From a virus (taxonomy: Duplodnaviria; Heunggongvirae; Uroviricota; Caudoviricetes), in IMG/VR virus record IMGVR_UViG_3300042905_002309, positions 105,278-169,277 of that record: DNA of 64,000 nucleotides; one strand, written 5' to 3'. How positions within the stretch are numbered: the stretch's first letter is position 1; every line of letters begins with the position of its first letter. A program made the translations under genes and the position numbers. The notes below the pieces were generated by a model, which did no database searches, was not told the origin of the DNA, and saw only the letters and a list, made by a program, of their open reading frames with translations. Positions 1 through 9,902 of this stretch are shown in pieces.

Positions 1-246
1 AAATGTGCAACAAAGATATTGCGTTTTGGAGAGAACGATAGATTTCCCAATCCGCAGTTCCCTAATGCCACCTCATCTAATGTACAGGATATTTCAGATG
101 AAATTGATGATTTAATTGGTGTTATGGTTCTTTTGAAGGATGAAGGTGTATTATTACGTAATCCAGATCAAGCTAAGATTTCTGCAAAGAAAATCAAAGT
201 GAAGAAGTACATGGATTATGCTAGAGAACATGGGTCATTAATATGA
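1..246 (+). CDS. MazG-like nucleotide pyrophosphohydrolase family protein, 5' truncated by window edge
   Basis: Frame 1 is open from base 1 (KCATKILRFG...DEIDDLIGV...AKKIKVKKYMDYAREHGSL), matching the pattern of small phage MazG-like proteins; the N-terminal EExxE motif lies outside the window. Confidence 0.5.
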   Translation, partial: KCATKILRFGENDRFPNPQFPNATSSNVQDISDEIDDLIGVMVLLKDEGVLLRNPDQAKISAKKIKVKKYMDYAREHGSLI

Positions 247-413
247 AAGCAACAGCAGTAATAACAATAGATTCGTATACAGATGTAGATGGCAAGATTT
301 TTGAGAAACTTATCAAATTGGCACATATCGAAGTATCTGAAGAGTTCTTCGATGATTTTAATGATCTAACTAGAGATAAGCAATTTAAAGTACATTTTGA
401 AAGAGAAACGTGA
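243..413 (+). CDS. Small hypothetical protein (56 aa), not in ORF track
   Basis: ATG at 243 overlaps upstream stop (ATGA); TGA 411-413 overlaps gp46 GTG start; reads MKATAVITIDSYTDVDGKIF...HFERET. Confidence 0.6.
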   Translation: MKATAVITIDSYTDVDGKIFEKLIKLAHIEVSEEFFDDFNDLTRDKQFKVHFERET

Positions 414-2512
414 AAAGAGTAACATTTAAAGAATTAGTCATTCAAAATTTCTTGTCTATCGGTAAACCTGTAATAATCCCTCTTACTGAGGGTATTACGG
501 TTATCACAGGTAAAAATCTTGATAAAGATGATGGCAATGGTGTAGGCAAAAGCACCATTTGTGACGCATTTTACTTCGCATTATTTGGAGAAACACTTCG
601 AAATATAACAAAAGAACGCATCGTCAATGAAATTGCCAAGAAGAATTGTGAAGTAAATCTTTATTTTGAAATTGATAAGAATGGTACAACTACCAAGTAT
701 CGTATTGAACGTGGATTAGCTCCTTCATTCTGTCGAATCTATGTCGATGATATCCTAGATGATGATAAAACTCGTTCCACAATTCCTGAAACCAATCTCT
801 ATATATTGAACCTTATTAACTCTACTAAAGCAGTATTTAAGAATACAATTACTACCAGTTTGAATAATTCCAAACCTTTCATGTCACAGAAAAAGAATGA
901 AAAACGTGAATTTATTGAGGGAATCTTACGTTTGGAAATCTTTAAAGCTATGACTAAGGTTGCTAAAGAGAAGTATGATGCAATTTTCAAGGAATATGAA
1001 CTCAATTTAAGATTAGCACAAGAAAATGAGGCTAATATTAAGCTTTATGAAATCCGTAAAGCTGACCATGACAAGAGTAATGACATTATTATCAAAGATA
1101 TCAACAATAAAATTGTAGATAAACGTGACATTATCGAATCAATTAAAAAGACTTTGGTTCCTACAGATGCCAGTAACTTAACTGAGATTACACAGAAGGA
1201 ACAAGAGAATGCGTCTATACTTGCAAATATTAAAGTTAAGTATAATAGTCTCTTAACTAATAATGGAATGTTAAACGGTAAAAAGATCGTTAATGATTCA
1301 CAAATTACTAAATTACAAGTCGCTGTACATGGATTTGATATAAATAAATTGGAATTTTCTTTAGAAAGTGATTATCATACTGCTATACATACTGAGGAAG
1401 ATAAAATAGAAACTGCTGAAAATTTTAAGCTTAATTTATTAGACGATACAAGAGATTTAGAAAAAGAAAATCGAATGTTGTTAAATCTTGGTGATAAATG
1501 TGTTACGTGTAAAAGACCTTATCCTGATCAAGATGTTCAGCAGAATCAGATCACTATTAAAAAGAATAATGATCAACTCTTAGCAAATAAAACCTTAATG
1601 CAGGAGAGTATTAAGACTATTACTAATTCTGAGAAACTTATTAAAGGTTACGAATTAACTATTAATTTATTTGGATATCAACAACAGTTGAAAGAGTTGG
1701 AACAGATTAATCAACAACAGATTAAGGCTATTAAAGATAATCAGACAGAATTAAAAGACCTTGAGGCGACATTGACTGATACTAATACTGCTATCAAAGC
1801 ACTTCAAGAACAGAAAACTAGTATCAAAATGGCAATTCAATCCTATAACTACGGATTAGAAACTATCAAAAACTACGAGAAAGAGATTATACATTGGGAA
1901 AATTCTATCATAAAAATAGAAGCTGTAAAGAATCCGTTTGATGATTTGATTAAAACCGCAGAAGCAAAGAAGATCGAATTAGCAGTTCTTATTGCAGGAT
2001 TCAAGGAAAAGATTGCAATCTATGATGTAATTAAACATATTGTTTCTGACGAAGGTATTAAGTCATTCATCATCAAAAAACTTTTGGGTGTATTGAATGA
2101 ACGTATTAATCATTATTTGGTTAAAATGGATGCAAATTGTACGTTAATGTTTGATGAACATTTTGAAGATAAGATCATTAATGACCGTGGAATTGAATGT
2201 GATTACGAAAGATTCTCAGGTGGTGAGCGTAAACGTATTGATCTTGCCATCCTATTTGCCTTTAGTGACCTACGAAGATTACAAGGTGATGTTAGCTTCA
2301 ACTTAGGGTTTTATGACGAATTATTGGACTCTGCTATCTCTGTAGAATGTTCTGCAAAAGTATTTGAAATCTTGAAGGAACGTTATACAGAGTACAATGA
2401 AAGTTCATATATCATAACTCATAAAACAGAAAACTTGAAAAACCCTAACATTGATGCTATAATATACCTTGTTAAAAGTGGTGGTATAACAAAAATAAAG
2501 GATAAGGTATGA
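410..2512 (+). CDS. 46: Recombination endonuclease ATPase subunit (T4 gp46 / Rad50-SbcC family)
   Basis: Walker A NGVGKST, coiled coil with CxxC hook (CVTC), signature FSGGE, Walker B FYDE, H-loop ITHK. Confidence 0.95.
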   Translation: MKRVTFKELVIQNFLSIGKPVIIPLTEGITVITGKNLDKDDGNGVGKSTICDAFYFALFGETLRNITKERIVNEIAKKNCEVNLYFEIDKNGTTTKYRIERGLAPSFCRIYVDDILDDDKTRSTIPETNLYILNLINSTKAVFKNTITTSLNNSKPFMSQKKNEKREFIEGILRLEIFKAMTKVAKEKYDAIFKEYELNLRLAQENEANIKLYEIRKADHDKSNDIIIKDINNKIVDKRDIIESIKKTLVPTDASNLTEITQKEQENASILANIKVKYNSLLTNNGMLNGKKIVNDSQITKLQVAVHGFDINKLEFSLESDYHTAIHTEEDKIETAENFKLNLLDDTRDLEKENRMLLNLGDKCVTCKRPYPDQDVQQNQITIKKNNDQLLANKTLMQESIKTITNSEKLIKGYELTINLFGYQQQLKELEQINQQQIKAIKDNQTELKDLEATLTDTNTAIKALQEQKTSIKMAIQSYNYGLETIKNYEKEIIHWENSIIKIEAVKNPFDDLIKTAEAKKIELAVLIAGFKEKIAIYDVIKHIVSDEGIKSFIIKKLLGVLNERINHYLVKMDANCTLMFDEHFEDKIINDRGIECDYERFSGGERKRIDLAILFAFSDLRRLQGDVSFNLGFYDELLDSAISVECSAKVFEILKERYTEYNESSYIITHKTENLKNPNIDAIIYLVKSGGITKIKDKV

Positions 2513-2763
2513 CAACAATAGAAGAGGCTACAGAATTAAATGAAGAAATGATTAAAATGGACGGATTTGATGATTGCGTTTTAGGAATTTGTCATAGATA
2601 TGGGCAACCACCAATTCTTGCTTATGACTTTGATAAAGTAATTCTTAAACTTATGGATGATGGTATGACTTATGAAGAAGCTATCGAATATTGGGATTAT
2701 AATCAGATTGGTGCGTATATAGGTGAATCAACACCGTGTTTTGTTGAAAGGATTAAATTATGA
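2509..2763 (+). CDS. Conserved phage hypothetical protein (84 aa)
   Basis: Coupled ORF; pattern DGFDDCVLG...AYD..K...M..EEA.EY.DYN..GAYIGE.TP is typical of a widespread small phage family. Confidence 0.75.
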   Translation: MTTIEEATELNEEMIKMDGFDDCVLGICHRYGQPPILAYDFDKVILKLMDDGMTYEEAIEYWDYNQIGAYIGESTPCFVERIKL

Positions 2764-3365
2764 GTTTTGTAGTAGTAGAAGGTCCAAATGGTGCAGGTAA
2801 GACCACTTTAATCAAGAATCTTGCTAAAGCAGGTATCAAAACCTTATCAAGTCCTAATGGAACTCCCTTGGCAAGTATGCTTCGTCCTGCTTGTAGAGGT
2901 ACAGACCCTTGGACTAAAATTGATAAACAAGTTCAATTCTTATTATTTTCCGCAGCACGACTAGATGAATACATAAATTTAGTTAAACCTTCCAAAGAGT
3001 TAATCGTTGCTGATCGTTGGCATACATCAACATTCGTCTATCAATGTTGTCTTGAAGGATTCAGTACTGAATTTCTTGAATATACTATTGCACCTGATGA
3101 AAAGATCGACTTATGCATCTTATTAGATGGTAATGATGATGTGTTGATTGAACGTGTTAGAGTAGAACGTGAAAAGAATTCGACACATGGTGTCTGTACT
3201 TGGACTCAAAATACTGATACCATGAAAGAATTAATCAATTTGTATCGTACTAAGTTACCAGAATTTTTGAATAGACGTAATATTACTCATGTGAGTATTG
3301 ATACGACATATCAGAATGCAGAACAAATTTTCGAAACAGTTAAAATATTGTTACCGAAAGGTTAA
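2760..3365 (+). CDS. tmk: Thymidylate (dNMP) kinase
   Basis: VVEGPNGAGKTT P-loop, QFLLFSAAR, ADRWHTSTFVYQ motif. Confidence 0.88.
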   Translation: MSFVVVEGPNGAGKTTLIKNLAKAGIKTLSSPNGTPLASMLRPACRGTDPWTKIDKQVQFLLFSAARLDEYINLVKPSKELIVADRWHTSTFVYQCCLEGFSTEFLEYTIAPDEKIDLCILLDGNDDVLIERVRVEREKNSTHGVCTWTQNTDTMKELINLYRTKLPEFLNRRNITHVSIDTTYQNAEQIFETVKILLPKG

Positions 3366-3366
3366 T

Positions 3367-4035
3367 ATGAAAGAAATTGAAGTCATATCCGCTACAAAGC
3401 ATGAAGCCGTAGGTGGTGGTAATTGTCTTATGGAGAAATATCAAAATAAGAAACAATGTTCAGTATACATTGAATACTACAACACTGACGCTTTAGCAAA
3501 GGTATATAACCGATTTATATGTGAAGAAAATCGTGATAAAATTATCGTGTTCTGTCATGATGATTGTATTATCGAAGATTTATTCTTGAAAGAGAAATTA
3601 AATCAGGCTATGCAAACATATGATATTGTTGGTCTAGCTGGAATCAAAGACCCAATCACCATCAAGAAACCCGCACTATGGCATCTCATGGGCGACAGGA
3701 GCCAATATTCAGGGGCAGTGGCACACTTCACTGGCACAGACGATAATGAACGCTTTATGACTCCTTTTGGCACCACTCCCTCAAGAGTTATAATGCTTGA
3801 TGGTGTGTTTTTAGCTGTCAACGTAGAGAAATGTCTTGAAACAGGCGTTAAGTTTGACGAATCAAATCCTGCACGATTCCATTATTATGATCTCGATTTC
3901 TGTTTAAATGCTAATAAGGCAGGATTAAAGTTAACAACATATCCTATATTTTGTAGTCACCGATCTCACGGATTAACTAAACCAGATGAAGAATTTTATA
4001 AAGGTCAAAAATGGTTTATCAATAAATGGACTTGA
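3367..4035 (+). CDS. Glycosyltransferase, GT-A (GT2-like) fold
   Basis: IVFCHDD (DxD-like), IVGLAG, LDGVFLAV, FHYYDLDFCL, HRSHG motifs; likely start ATG 3367 (track starts 3298). Confidence 0.8.
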   Translation: MKEIEVISATKHEAVGGGNCLMEKYQNKKQCSVYIEYYNTDALAKVYNRFICEENRDKIIVFCHDDCIIEDLFLKEKLNQAMQTYDIVGLAGIKDPITIKKPALWHLMGDRSQYSGAVAHFTGTDDNERFMTPFGTTPSRVIMLDGVFLAVNVEKCLETGVKFDESNPARFHYYDLDFCLNANKAGLKLTTYPIFCSHRSHGLTKPDEEFYKGQKWFINKWT

Positions 4036-4080
4036 TATTTAAGTAAAGTGTGGTAAATTGTTACAAAGGATTAATTAATT

Positions 4081-5346
4081 ATGGCTGAGAAGCAATACGG
4101 AAATTTAAATTACGAAGTTATTGATATAGGATATCCTTATTGTCCTTATTTACCTATTGGTGCTAAACCAATTACTAGAGCTTTAATGACCAGAACAAAT
4201 GTAGCTCCACCACCTTTAGCAATGCCGGGTTCTGATTTACCACGAGTTATTAACTATCTTGCAGATTATTCTGGTTGTGGTTACTGGCGTATCGGCGCAC
4301 CTGAAATGTTATTAAACTATGGTGGTAAGATGGTTGTGAATACTCTTACATCTATGGTTATCGATCCAAGATTTTATCTCACTGGTTATAAAGCTATCAA
4401 GATTCAAAGACAAGCTACTCCTGTACAAAAGGAATTTGCTAAATTCTTGAGAATGATGGGTAGTAATCACGATTTCAAAGTTATTTATGAAGTCGATGAT
4501 ATCGTCTTTGGTGAAGATATTCCTCTTTATAATCGTTGCAGAAGTGCTTTCGTTGATCCTGAAATTAGACAGAGTATTGAAGATATTATTCATATGTGTG
4601 GTGAAATGATGGTTGTTTCCGACTATATGAAGGAATATTACAAGAGTAAGTTAAATATCAAGAATGTTACAACTATTCCTAATTATGCTCCTAAATTCTG
4701 GTTTGATCGTTTCTACAATGAAGAAAAGATTTTAAAAGATTATCAGGCTAATAAAGCTCGTCCTAAGATTTTAATCACTGCATCCGGGACACACTTTGAT
4801 TGTGTAAATGCAACTGGACAAAAGGATGATTATTCTCATGTCTTACAAAGTATTATTAAATCACGTAAAGATTTTCAATGGATTTTTCTTGGTGGACACC
4901 CATTGTTATTACGTCCTTACATTGATAATGGAGACATTCAATTTGTACCTTGGGCGCAGTTGTTAGATTTCCCAAATACAATTAGTAAAATGTCGCCACA
5001 AATGACTATGGCTGCATTAGAATCCAATCACTTTAATAGAGCAAAAAGTAATATTAAATTAACGGAATCCTGTCATTTAGGTATCCCGTTTTTCGGACAA
5101 AAACTTGAACCTTATAAAGATGCTTTTCATCAATTCAATACAGGTAGCGAAATGATTGATCAGATGAAAAGTGTGGTAATTGATGTAGATACTTACATGG
5201 CTGATGTTAAACGTCATAGAGCGTTTGGTGATAATTTATGGTTGGACGACCATCTCCAGGAACACGTAGAAATGTACACACTACCATTTGGACACCAAGA
5301 TCGCAAGGCTATCATTAAACTTAATCCTGAACAGTTGATTAAATAA
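4081..5346 (+). CDS. Glycosyltransferase, GT-B fold
   Basis: ADYSGCGYWRI, IQRQ, VIYEVDD, MMVVSDYMKEYY, TIPNY, FNRAKSNIKLTE motifs typical of phage GT-B proteins. Confidence 0.75.
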   Translation: MAEKQYGNLNYEVIDIGYPYCPYLPIGAKPITRALMTRTNVAPPPLAMPGSDLPRVINYLADYSGCGYWRIGAPEMLLNYGGKMVVNTLTSMVIDPRFYLTGYKAIKIQRQATPVQKEFAKFLRMMGSNHDFKVIYEVDDIVFGEDIPLYNRCRSAFVDPEIRQSIEDIIHMCGEMMVVSDYMKEYYKSKLNIKNVTTIPNYAPKFWFDRFYNEEKILKDYQANKARPKILITASGTHFDCVNATGQKDDYSHVLQSIIKSRKDFQWIFLGGHPLLLRPYIDNGDIQFVPWAQLLDFPNTISKMSPQMTMAALESNHFNRAKSNIKLTESCHLGIPFFGQKLEPYKDAFHQFNTGSEMIDQMKSVVIDVDTYMADVKRHRAFGDNLWLDDHLQEHVEMYTLPFGHQDRKAIIKLNPEQLIK

Positions 5347-6064
5347 ATGGTGTTTGGTTATTAAAATTTATATCAAGTATCTTATTACTTTTCTGTATAT
5401 TTGTAGTTGCTAACATTGGTCTAGTATTTTGATAATTAAAACATTGAAACTGTTCAGTAGTATCAAGTAAATTGAAAAATGTTATCGGAATTATGTGGTC
5501 GATATGCCACACTTTACCATAATTTTCCCATGACATATTATCATTAAATTGTAATTCTAAATAATGTTTATAGTTGTTTATAGAAATACCAAGTAGTTGT
5601 AAACTATGACCAGATTTGATATTATTTTTTAATCCTTTATTTATTCTATCTCTAAGCGTTACAGAAAGTTTGAATGATACATCATTTTGTTTTCTAATTT
5701 TTTGATAATCTTTGTGATAATTAGGATTACGTTTATCCCAATTTTTATTATTCTGTTTTCTATTTATTGGATTATTTATTATCCAGCTTTTACTACGAGC
5801 TTTACATAAATCAGCATTTTCTGAATAATATTTTCTATTATAATTATCTTTATAATCAGGATTTAATTCGTGCCATCGATTTAAATTCTTTTGTATTTTC
5901 TCTGGATTATTTTTACGATATTGTATATTAGCAAGTTTACAACATTTTTTACACTCAGTACTTAAACCATCCCATTTGGATTTATTTTTATTAAATTCAC
6001 TAATCGGTTTAGAAATTTTACATTTAGAACAAACTTTAGTAACTTCTTGAATCTTCTCTTCCAT
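5339..6064 (-). mobile_element. Free-standing HNH homing endonuclease
   Basis: N-terminal CSKC...CKKC, K/Y/N-rich helical repeats, C-terminal QFNDNMSWENYGKVWHIDHIIP...NTRPM...NIQK; AAGGAG precedes ATG 6064 (track starts 6103). Confidence 0.85.
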
Positions 6065-6231
6065 TTTGACATACTCCTTATAAATATTTGAGCAGGACAG
6101 CAAGTAGTTTACTCCGCTTGTTTCAAGGTGATTGCAAGTCCCTTGATTACTGCTCTTTTAATTATTTAGTAAAATGCCTTGCAATTCAAGTTAAGTATGA
6201 TAATCTTATATGAAGAAAGAGAAAATAAATT

Positions 6232-6372
6232 ATGACAACAATATATACACAAGACGAAAAAGATACTGATCTAAATAAAATGGAACGTTTAATAAATAAA
6301 TTGACGATTTTACAATTAGAAGATGAAATTCGTAGATTAGAAGGGTTGCGTAAATTAAACGATCCATCATGA
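6232..6372 (+). CDS. Small coiled-coil hypothetical protein (46 aa), not in ORF track
   Basis: ATG 6232 to TGA 6372, downstream of TTGCAA..TATGAT promoter-like sequence. Confidence 0.45.
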   Translation: MTTIYTQDEKDTDLNKMERLINKLTILQLEDEIRRLEGLRKLNDPS

Positions 6373-6396
6373 ATCCAGAACAGAAAGTAAATTAAT

Positions 6397-6705
6397 ATGA
6401 GTAGAATTTTCTATGATACAAGTGCAAATATGTGGAAAGTTGCTGATGCATTGTTAAACGATATTAAAAATTTACCAGAAACATCTGACACAAGACCATC
6501 ACCAAAAGATGATACACCTGTTACAGCCTTTGATGGTACGACAGCAATAAAAATATTAGTCACTATAAATAATGTTACATTATGTACGGAACTATCTATA
6601 GGAACAGTTCAGGATATGTTAGTCATGGATTCTACAATAGACCTAGAAAAGATGTTTGGTAAATGTGTACTTGAACATATTAATGCTTTGACGAAAAGAC
6701 ATTGA
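6397..6705 (+). CDS. Hypothetical protein (102 aa)
   Basis: ORF in operon orientation filling the gap before the DNA polymerase. Confidence 0.6.
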   Translation: MSRIFYDTSANMWKVADALLNDIKNLPETSDTRPSPKDDTPVTAFDGTTAIKILVTINNVTLCTELSIGTVQDMLVMDSTIDLEKMFGKCVLEHINALTKRH

Positions 6706-6729
6706 CACAACCCTATAATATGATATGAT
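6702..6729 (+). promoter_or_regulatory. Sigma70-type promoter of the DNA polymerase gene
   Basis: TTGACA (6702-6707), 16 nt, TGa-TATGAT (6724-6729), 6 nt before ATG. Confidence 0.7.
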
Positions 6730-6735
6730 GTTCGT

Positions 6736-9294
6736 ATGTACAGAAATATAGTATACAGTAATTATAACAAAGATATCACACTTTGGACTTGGGATTCAGA
6801 AGGTAATAGGGTTATGGAAAAATACCCCTTTAAACCTTATCTTTATGTAGATGATCCCAATGGTAAAGATGGTGTGTCTTTATATGGAGCAACACTCCGC
6901 AAAATGGAATTTGCTGATAAAAGACTTCGTGATAAGTTTTGTTTATCAACTGCAAAAGTTTATGGTAAGCTTCCACCTGCCCAACAATTCCTCATTGATA
7001 AGTACAACGGTCAAAATAAAAAAGACGATTTCGATCTTTATCCATTGAAAATTTATTCAATCGATATTGAAACATATTCTGTCAATGGATTCCCCGATCC
7101 TAAATTAGCAAATGATCCAATCACTCTTATTAGTATACATAATTCAATTGATGATGGTATTTACACCTTCGCATTAGGTAATGATTATCATACATCTGAT
7201 GATAAGGTTATCTATAAGTGTTATGAGACAGAAGAAGAAATGTTAAAGGCGTTTATCAAATTCTGGCGTAAAGACTTTCCAGATGTCGTAACAGGTTGGT
7301 ATATTGATGGATTCGATATTCCATACATCTGTAATCGTATCAATAGAATTTATGGCGAAGATGATGCTTGTAATCGTTTATCACCAACTGGTAGAGCTTG
7401 GAAACAAGATAATGTTAAAAAGCGTTTGCAGGATTATGATCAACTTTGGACAATCGAAGGCATCAGTATTCTCGACTATCAATACGTTTATAAAGTATTC
7501 ACCAGAGAAAAACGTGAATCTTATTCATTAAATGCTATTGGTGAAGAAGAATTAGGTTCAGGTAAATTACAGTATGATGCTGTATCTTTAAGTGAACTTG
7601 CTACAAAAGATTGGCATAAATTCGTAGATTACAATATTCAAGATGTAAAACTTCTAGTAGAATTAGAGGCTAAATTGAAGTATTTGAAGACTTGTAGATC
7701 ACTTTCATATAAAGGATTGGCAGGTTTACCTGCTAGTGTAAGCACTATTGCCATTGTAGACGGTCTAGCGACACAACAAGCTTTACTTGATGGTAAGATA
7801 CTACCAACCTTCAAGAATGGTGGTAAAGAGGATTTTGGTGGTGGTTTCGTGCGTCCTACACAAGAAGGATTACATAAATCTATTCTTTATTACGATGCAG
7901 ATTCTTTGTATCCTAATACGATTGTAACGTTAAATATTTCACCTGAAACTAAATTGGGTAAAGTGCTTCGAATGGATGTTGAAAAAGATGAATACGAGTT
8001 CATGACTACATCTGGCAGAAAGCATACGTTCAATAAAATGCAGTTTGATGAATATATTAGACGAGAGGAAATTTGTATTTCTAAGTCCAATATTATGTTT
8101 ACACAGAAGACTAGAGGTATTTTCTCTGAAATTATTGAAGAGATTTATGCAGAACGTGTAAAAATCAAAACCGAAATGAAGCGTATTAGCGATCTAAACG
8201 CAACCCATCCTGATGATGTTATTAAGAATAACTACCAGATGGAACAGTTGGATACTGCACAATATACTATTAAGATTTTGCTTAATCGTATTTATGGTTA
8301 TTTCGCACAGGAACATGCAGCTTTATATGACATTGATCTAGCTTCCTCAGTTACTTTAACTGGTCAAGCAGGTATTAAAATTGCAGCAAAATTCGGTAAT
8401 GATTATCTAGTAGCCAAAGGTGGTTTGGAATATGATAGTGTAATCATGGGTGATACAGATAGCGTAGTGTTTGGTATTCAACCCATCCTAGATGCTAAGA
8501 AAGAACCATTCTTTATTGGTGATAAGATTAATCCATACGTCTTTGAACTTGCTGATGGACTTGGAAAAGAAATCGATACTGTTGTTAGAGCATGGGCTAA
8601 AGATGAATTACATTCAACCCATTGTACCTACCACTTTAAACGTGAAAACATTTCCAGTTCAGGTATCTTCTTGGGTAAGAAAATGTACATTTTGAATATT
8701 ATTCAAGACGATAAGTATAAAATCGTTGACAAATTCAAATATACTGGTGTAGCTGTTGTTAAAGTTGCTACCCCAAAGAAAGTTAAACCACTTATCAAGA
8801 AAGCTATTCAATCCATTATTAAAAGTGGTGATAAGAAGGCTGTAAATAAAATCATTAAAGATACATGGGAAACTTATCAGACGTTTTCAATTGAAGAGAT
8901 GTCTTCTGCTAAATCATTGAATAACTACGACAAATATTTAGAAAAGTCTTGTGATCTTGTTATGGGTAAGGGTACACCTGCACAAAATAAAGCTGCAATT
9001 GCATATAATTTGTTATTGAAACGTTATAAATTAGAAAATAAGTACGAATCTCTTAAAAGTGGGGATAAACTTAAATTCTTTTATGTACGATCTAATAAAT
9101 GGGGATTAAGTGCAATATCATTTCCTTACAAATTTCCAGAAGAGTTCAAGAAAGACTTTAATATTGATACACAGAAGATGTATATTAATACATTATTAAA
9201 TCCCATTAAGGCTGTTTTTGATGTAATTGGTTGGGAAATTAAAAATCCAACTAATGAAGAAAAAATTGATTTATTAGACTTGTTTGGGGCTTGA
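6736..9294 (+). CDS. 43: Family B DNA polymerase (T4 gp43-like)
   Basis: ExoI DIET, FDIPY, ExoIII YNIQD, DADSLYP, K..LNRIYG, GDTDS, KKMY, YTGV. Confidence 0.97.
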   Translation: MYRNIVYSNYNKDITLWTWDSEGNRVMEKYPFKPYLYVDDPNGKDGVSLYGATLRKMEFADKRLRDKFCLSTAKVYGKLPPAQQFLIDKYNGQNKKDDFDLYPLKIYSIDIETYSVNGFPDPKLANDPITLISIHNSIDDGIYTFALGNDYHTSDDKVIYKCYETEEEMLKAFIKFWRKDFPDVVTGWYIDGFDIPYICNRINRIYGEDDACNRLSPTGRAWKQDNVKKRLQDYDQLWTIEGISILDYQYVYKVFTREKRESYSLNAIGEEELGSGKLQYDAVSLSELATKDWHKFVDYNIQDVKLLVELEAKLKYLKTCRSLSYKGLAGLPASVSTIAIVDGLATQQALLDGKILPTFKNGGKEDFGGGFVRPTQEGLHKSILYYDADSLYPNTIVTLNISPETKLGKVLRMDVEKDEYEFMTTSGRKHTFNKMQFDEYIRREEICISKSNIMFTQKTRGIFSEIIEEIYAERVKIKTEMKRISDLNATHPDDVIKNNYQMEQLDTAQYTIKILLNRIYGYFAQEHAALYDIDLASSVTLTGQAGIKIAAKFGNDYLVAKGGLEYDSVIMGDTDSVVFGIQPILDAKKEPFFIGDKINPYVFELADGLGKEIDTVVRAWAKDELHSTHCTYHFKRENISSSGIFLGKKMYILNIIQDDKYKIVDKFKYTGVAVVKVATPKKVKPLIKKAIQSIIKSGDKKAVNKIIKDTWETYQTFSIEEMSSAKSLNNYDKYLEKSCDLVMGKGTPAQNKAAIAYNLLLKRYKLENKYESLKSGDKLKFFYVRSNKWGLSAISFPYKFPEEFKKDFNIDTQKMYINTLLNPIKAVFDVIGWEIKNPTNEEKIDLLDLFGA

Positions 9295-9339
9295 AAAACA
9301 CCAAACTGATGATAAGATATTGTAAAGGATAAATTAAGT

Positions 9340-9747
9340 ATGACAAAAGAAAATCATGTAATGTTTGTAGACACGTTGGGTAGATTATTGCTTGGTAAGT
9401 TACCCGTAACCGAAGGTGAAGAAGGTTCTGATATTGTGAAGATCAAGAATCCTGCTATTATTCATGCGACACATAAACAAGAGGGTGGATTGACTATTAC
9501 AGTTATTCCTATTGTTTTCCGTGAGTTCCTTGCCGATAAGGATGAAGCGACTATGTTTAATTATGCAAGATCATCAATCAGTATTGCCGATGCTCCTATT
9601 TTGGATGCAAGAATTATTGGACAGTATGAGAATATGTTTGCTCCTGTTAAAGATATGATCAATGTTCCTCAACTCGCCCCTCCACCTGCAAATCAGAGTG
9701 TAGTACCTAAGACTCAACCGATTATCAATTTATTTGATAAGAAGTAA
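9340..9747 (+). CDS. Hypothetical protein (135 aa)
   Basis: AAGGA upstream; beta-rich N-terminus, Pro-rich tail; between gp43 and uvsX. Confidence 0.7.
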   Translation: MTKENHVMFVDTLGRLLLGKLPVTEGEEGSDIVKIKNPAIIHATHKQEGGLTITVIPIVFREFLADKDEATMFNYARSSISIADAPILDARIIGQYENMFAPVKDMINVPQLAPPPANQSVVPKTQPIINLFDKK

Positions 9748-9755
9748 GGTGTATT

Positions 9756-9893
9756 ATGGCTTGTAAGACTTGTGGTAAAGGTAAACCGAAAGAGAAACCA
9801 AAGACCGTTAATACAAAGAACATCAAAGATATTGTTAAACAGATAAAAGAACAAAGAAATATACCCGAAGGTAAATGCGGGTTTTGTGACTAA
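9756..9893 (+). CDS. Small basic CxxC...CxxC protein (45 aa), not in ORF track
   Basis: AAGGTG then ATG 9756; MACKTCGKG...GKCGFCD; fills the gap exactly. Confidence 0.6.
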   Translation: MACKTCGKGKPKEKPKTVNTKNIKDIVKQIKEQRNIPEGKCGFCD

Positions 9894-9902
9894 AGGAAAA
9901 AT

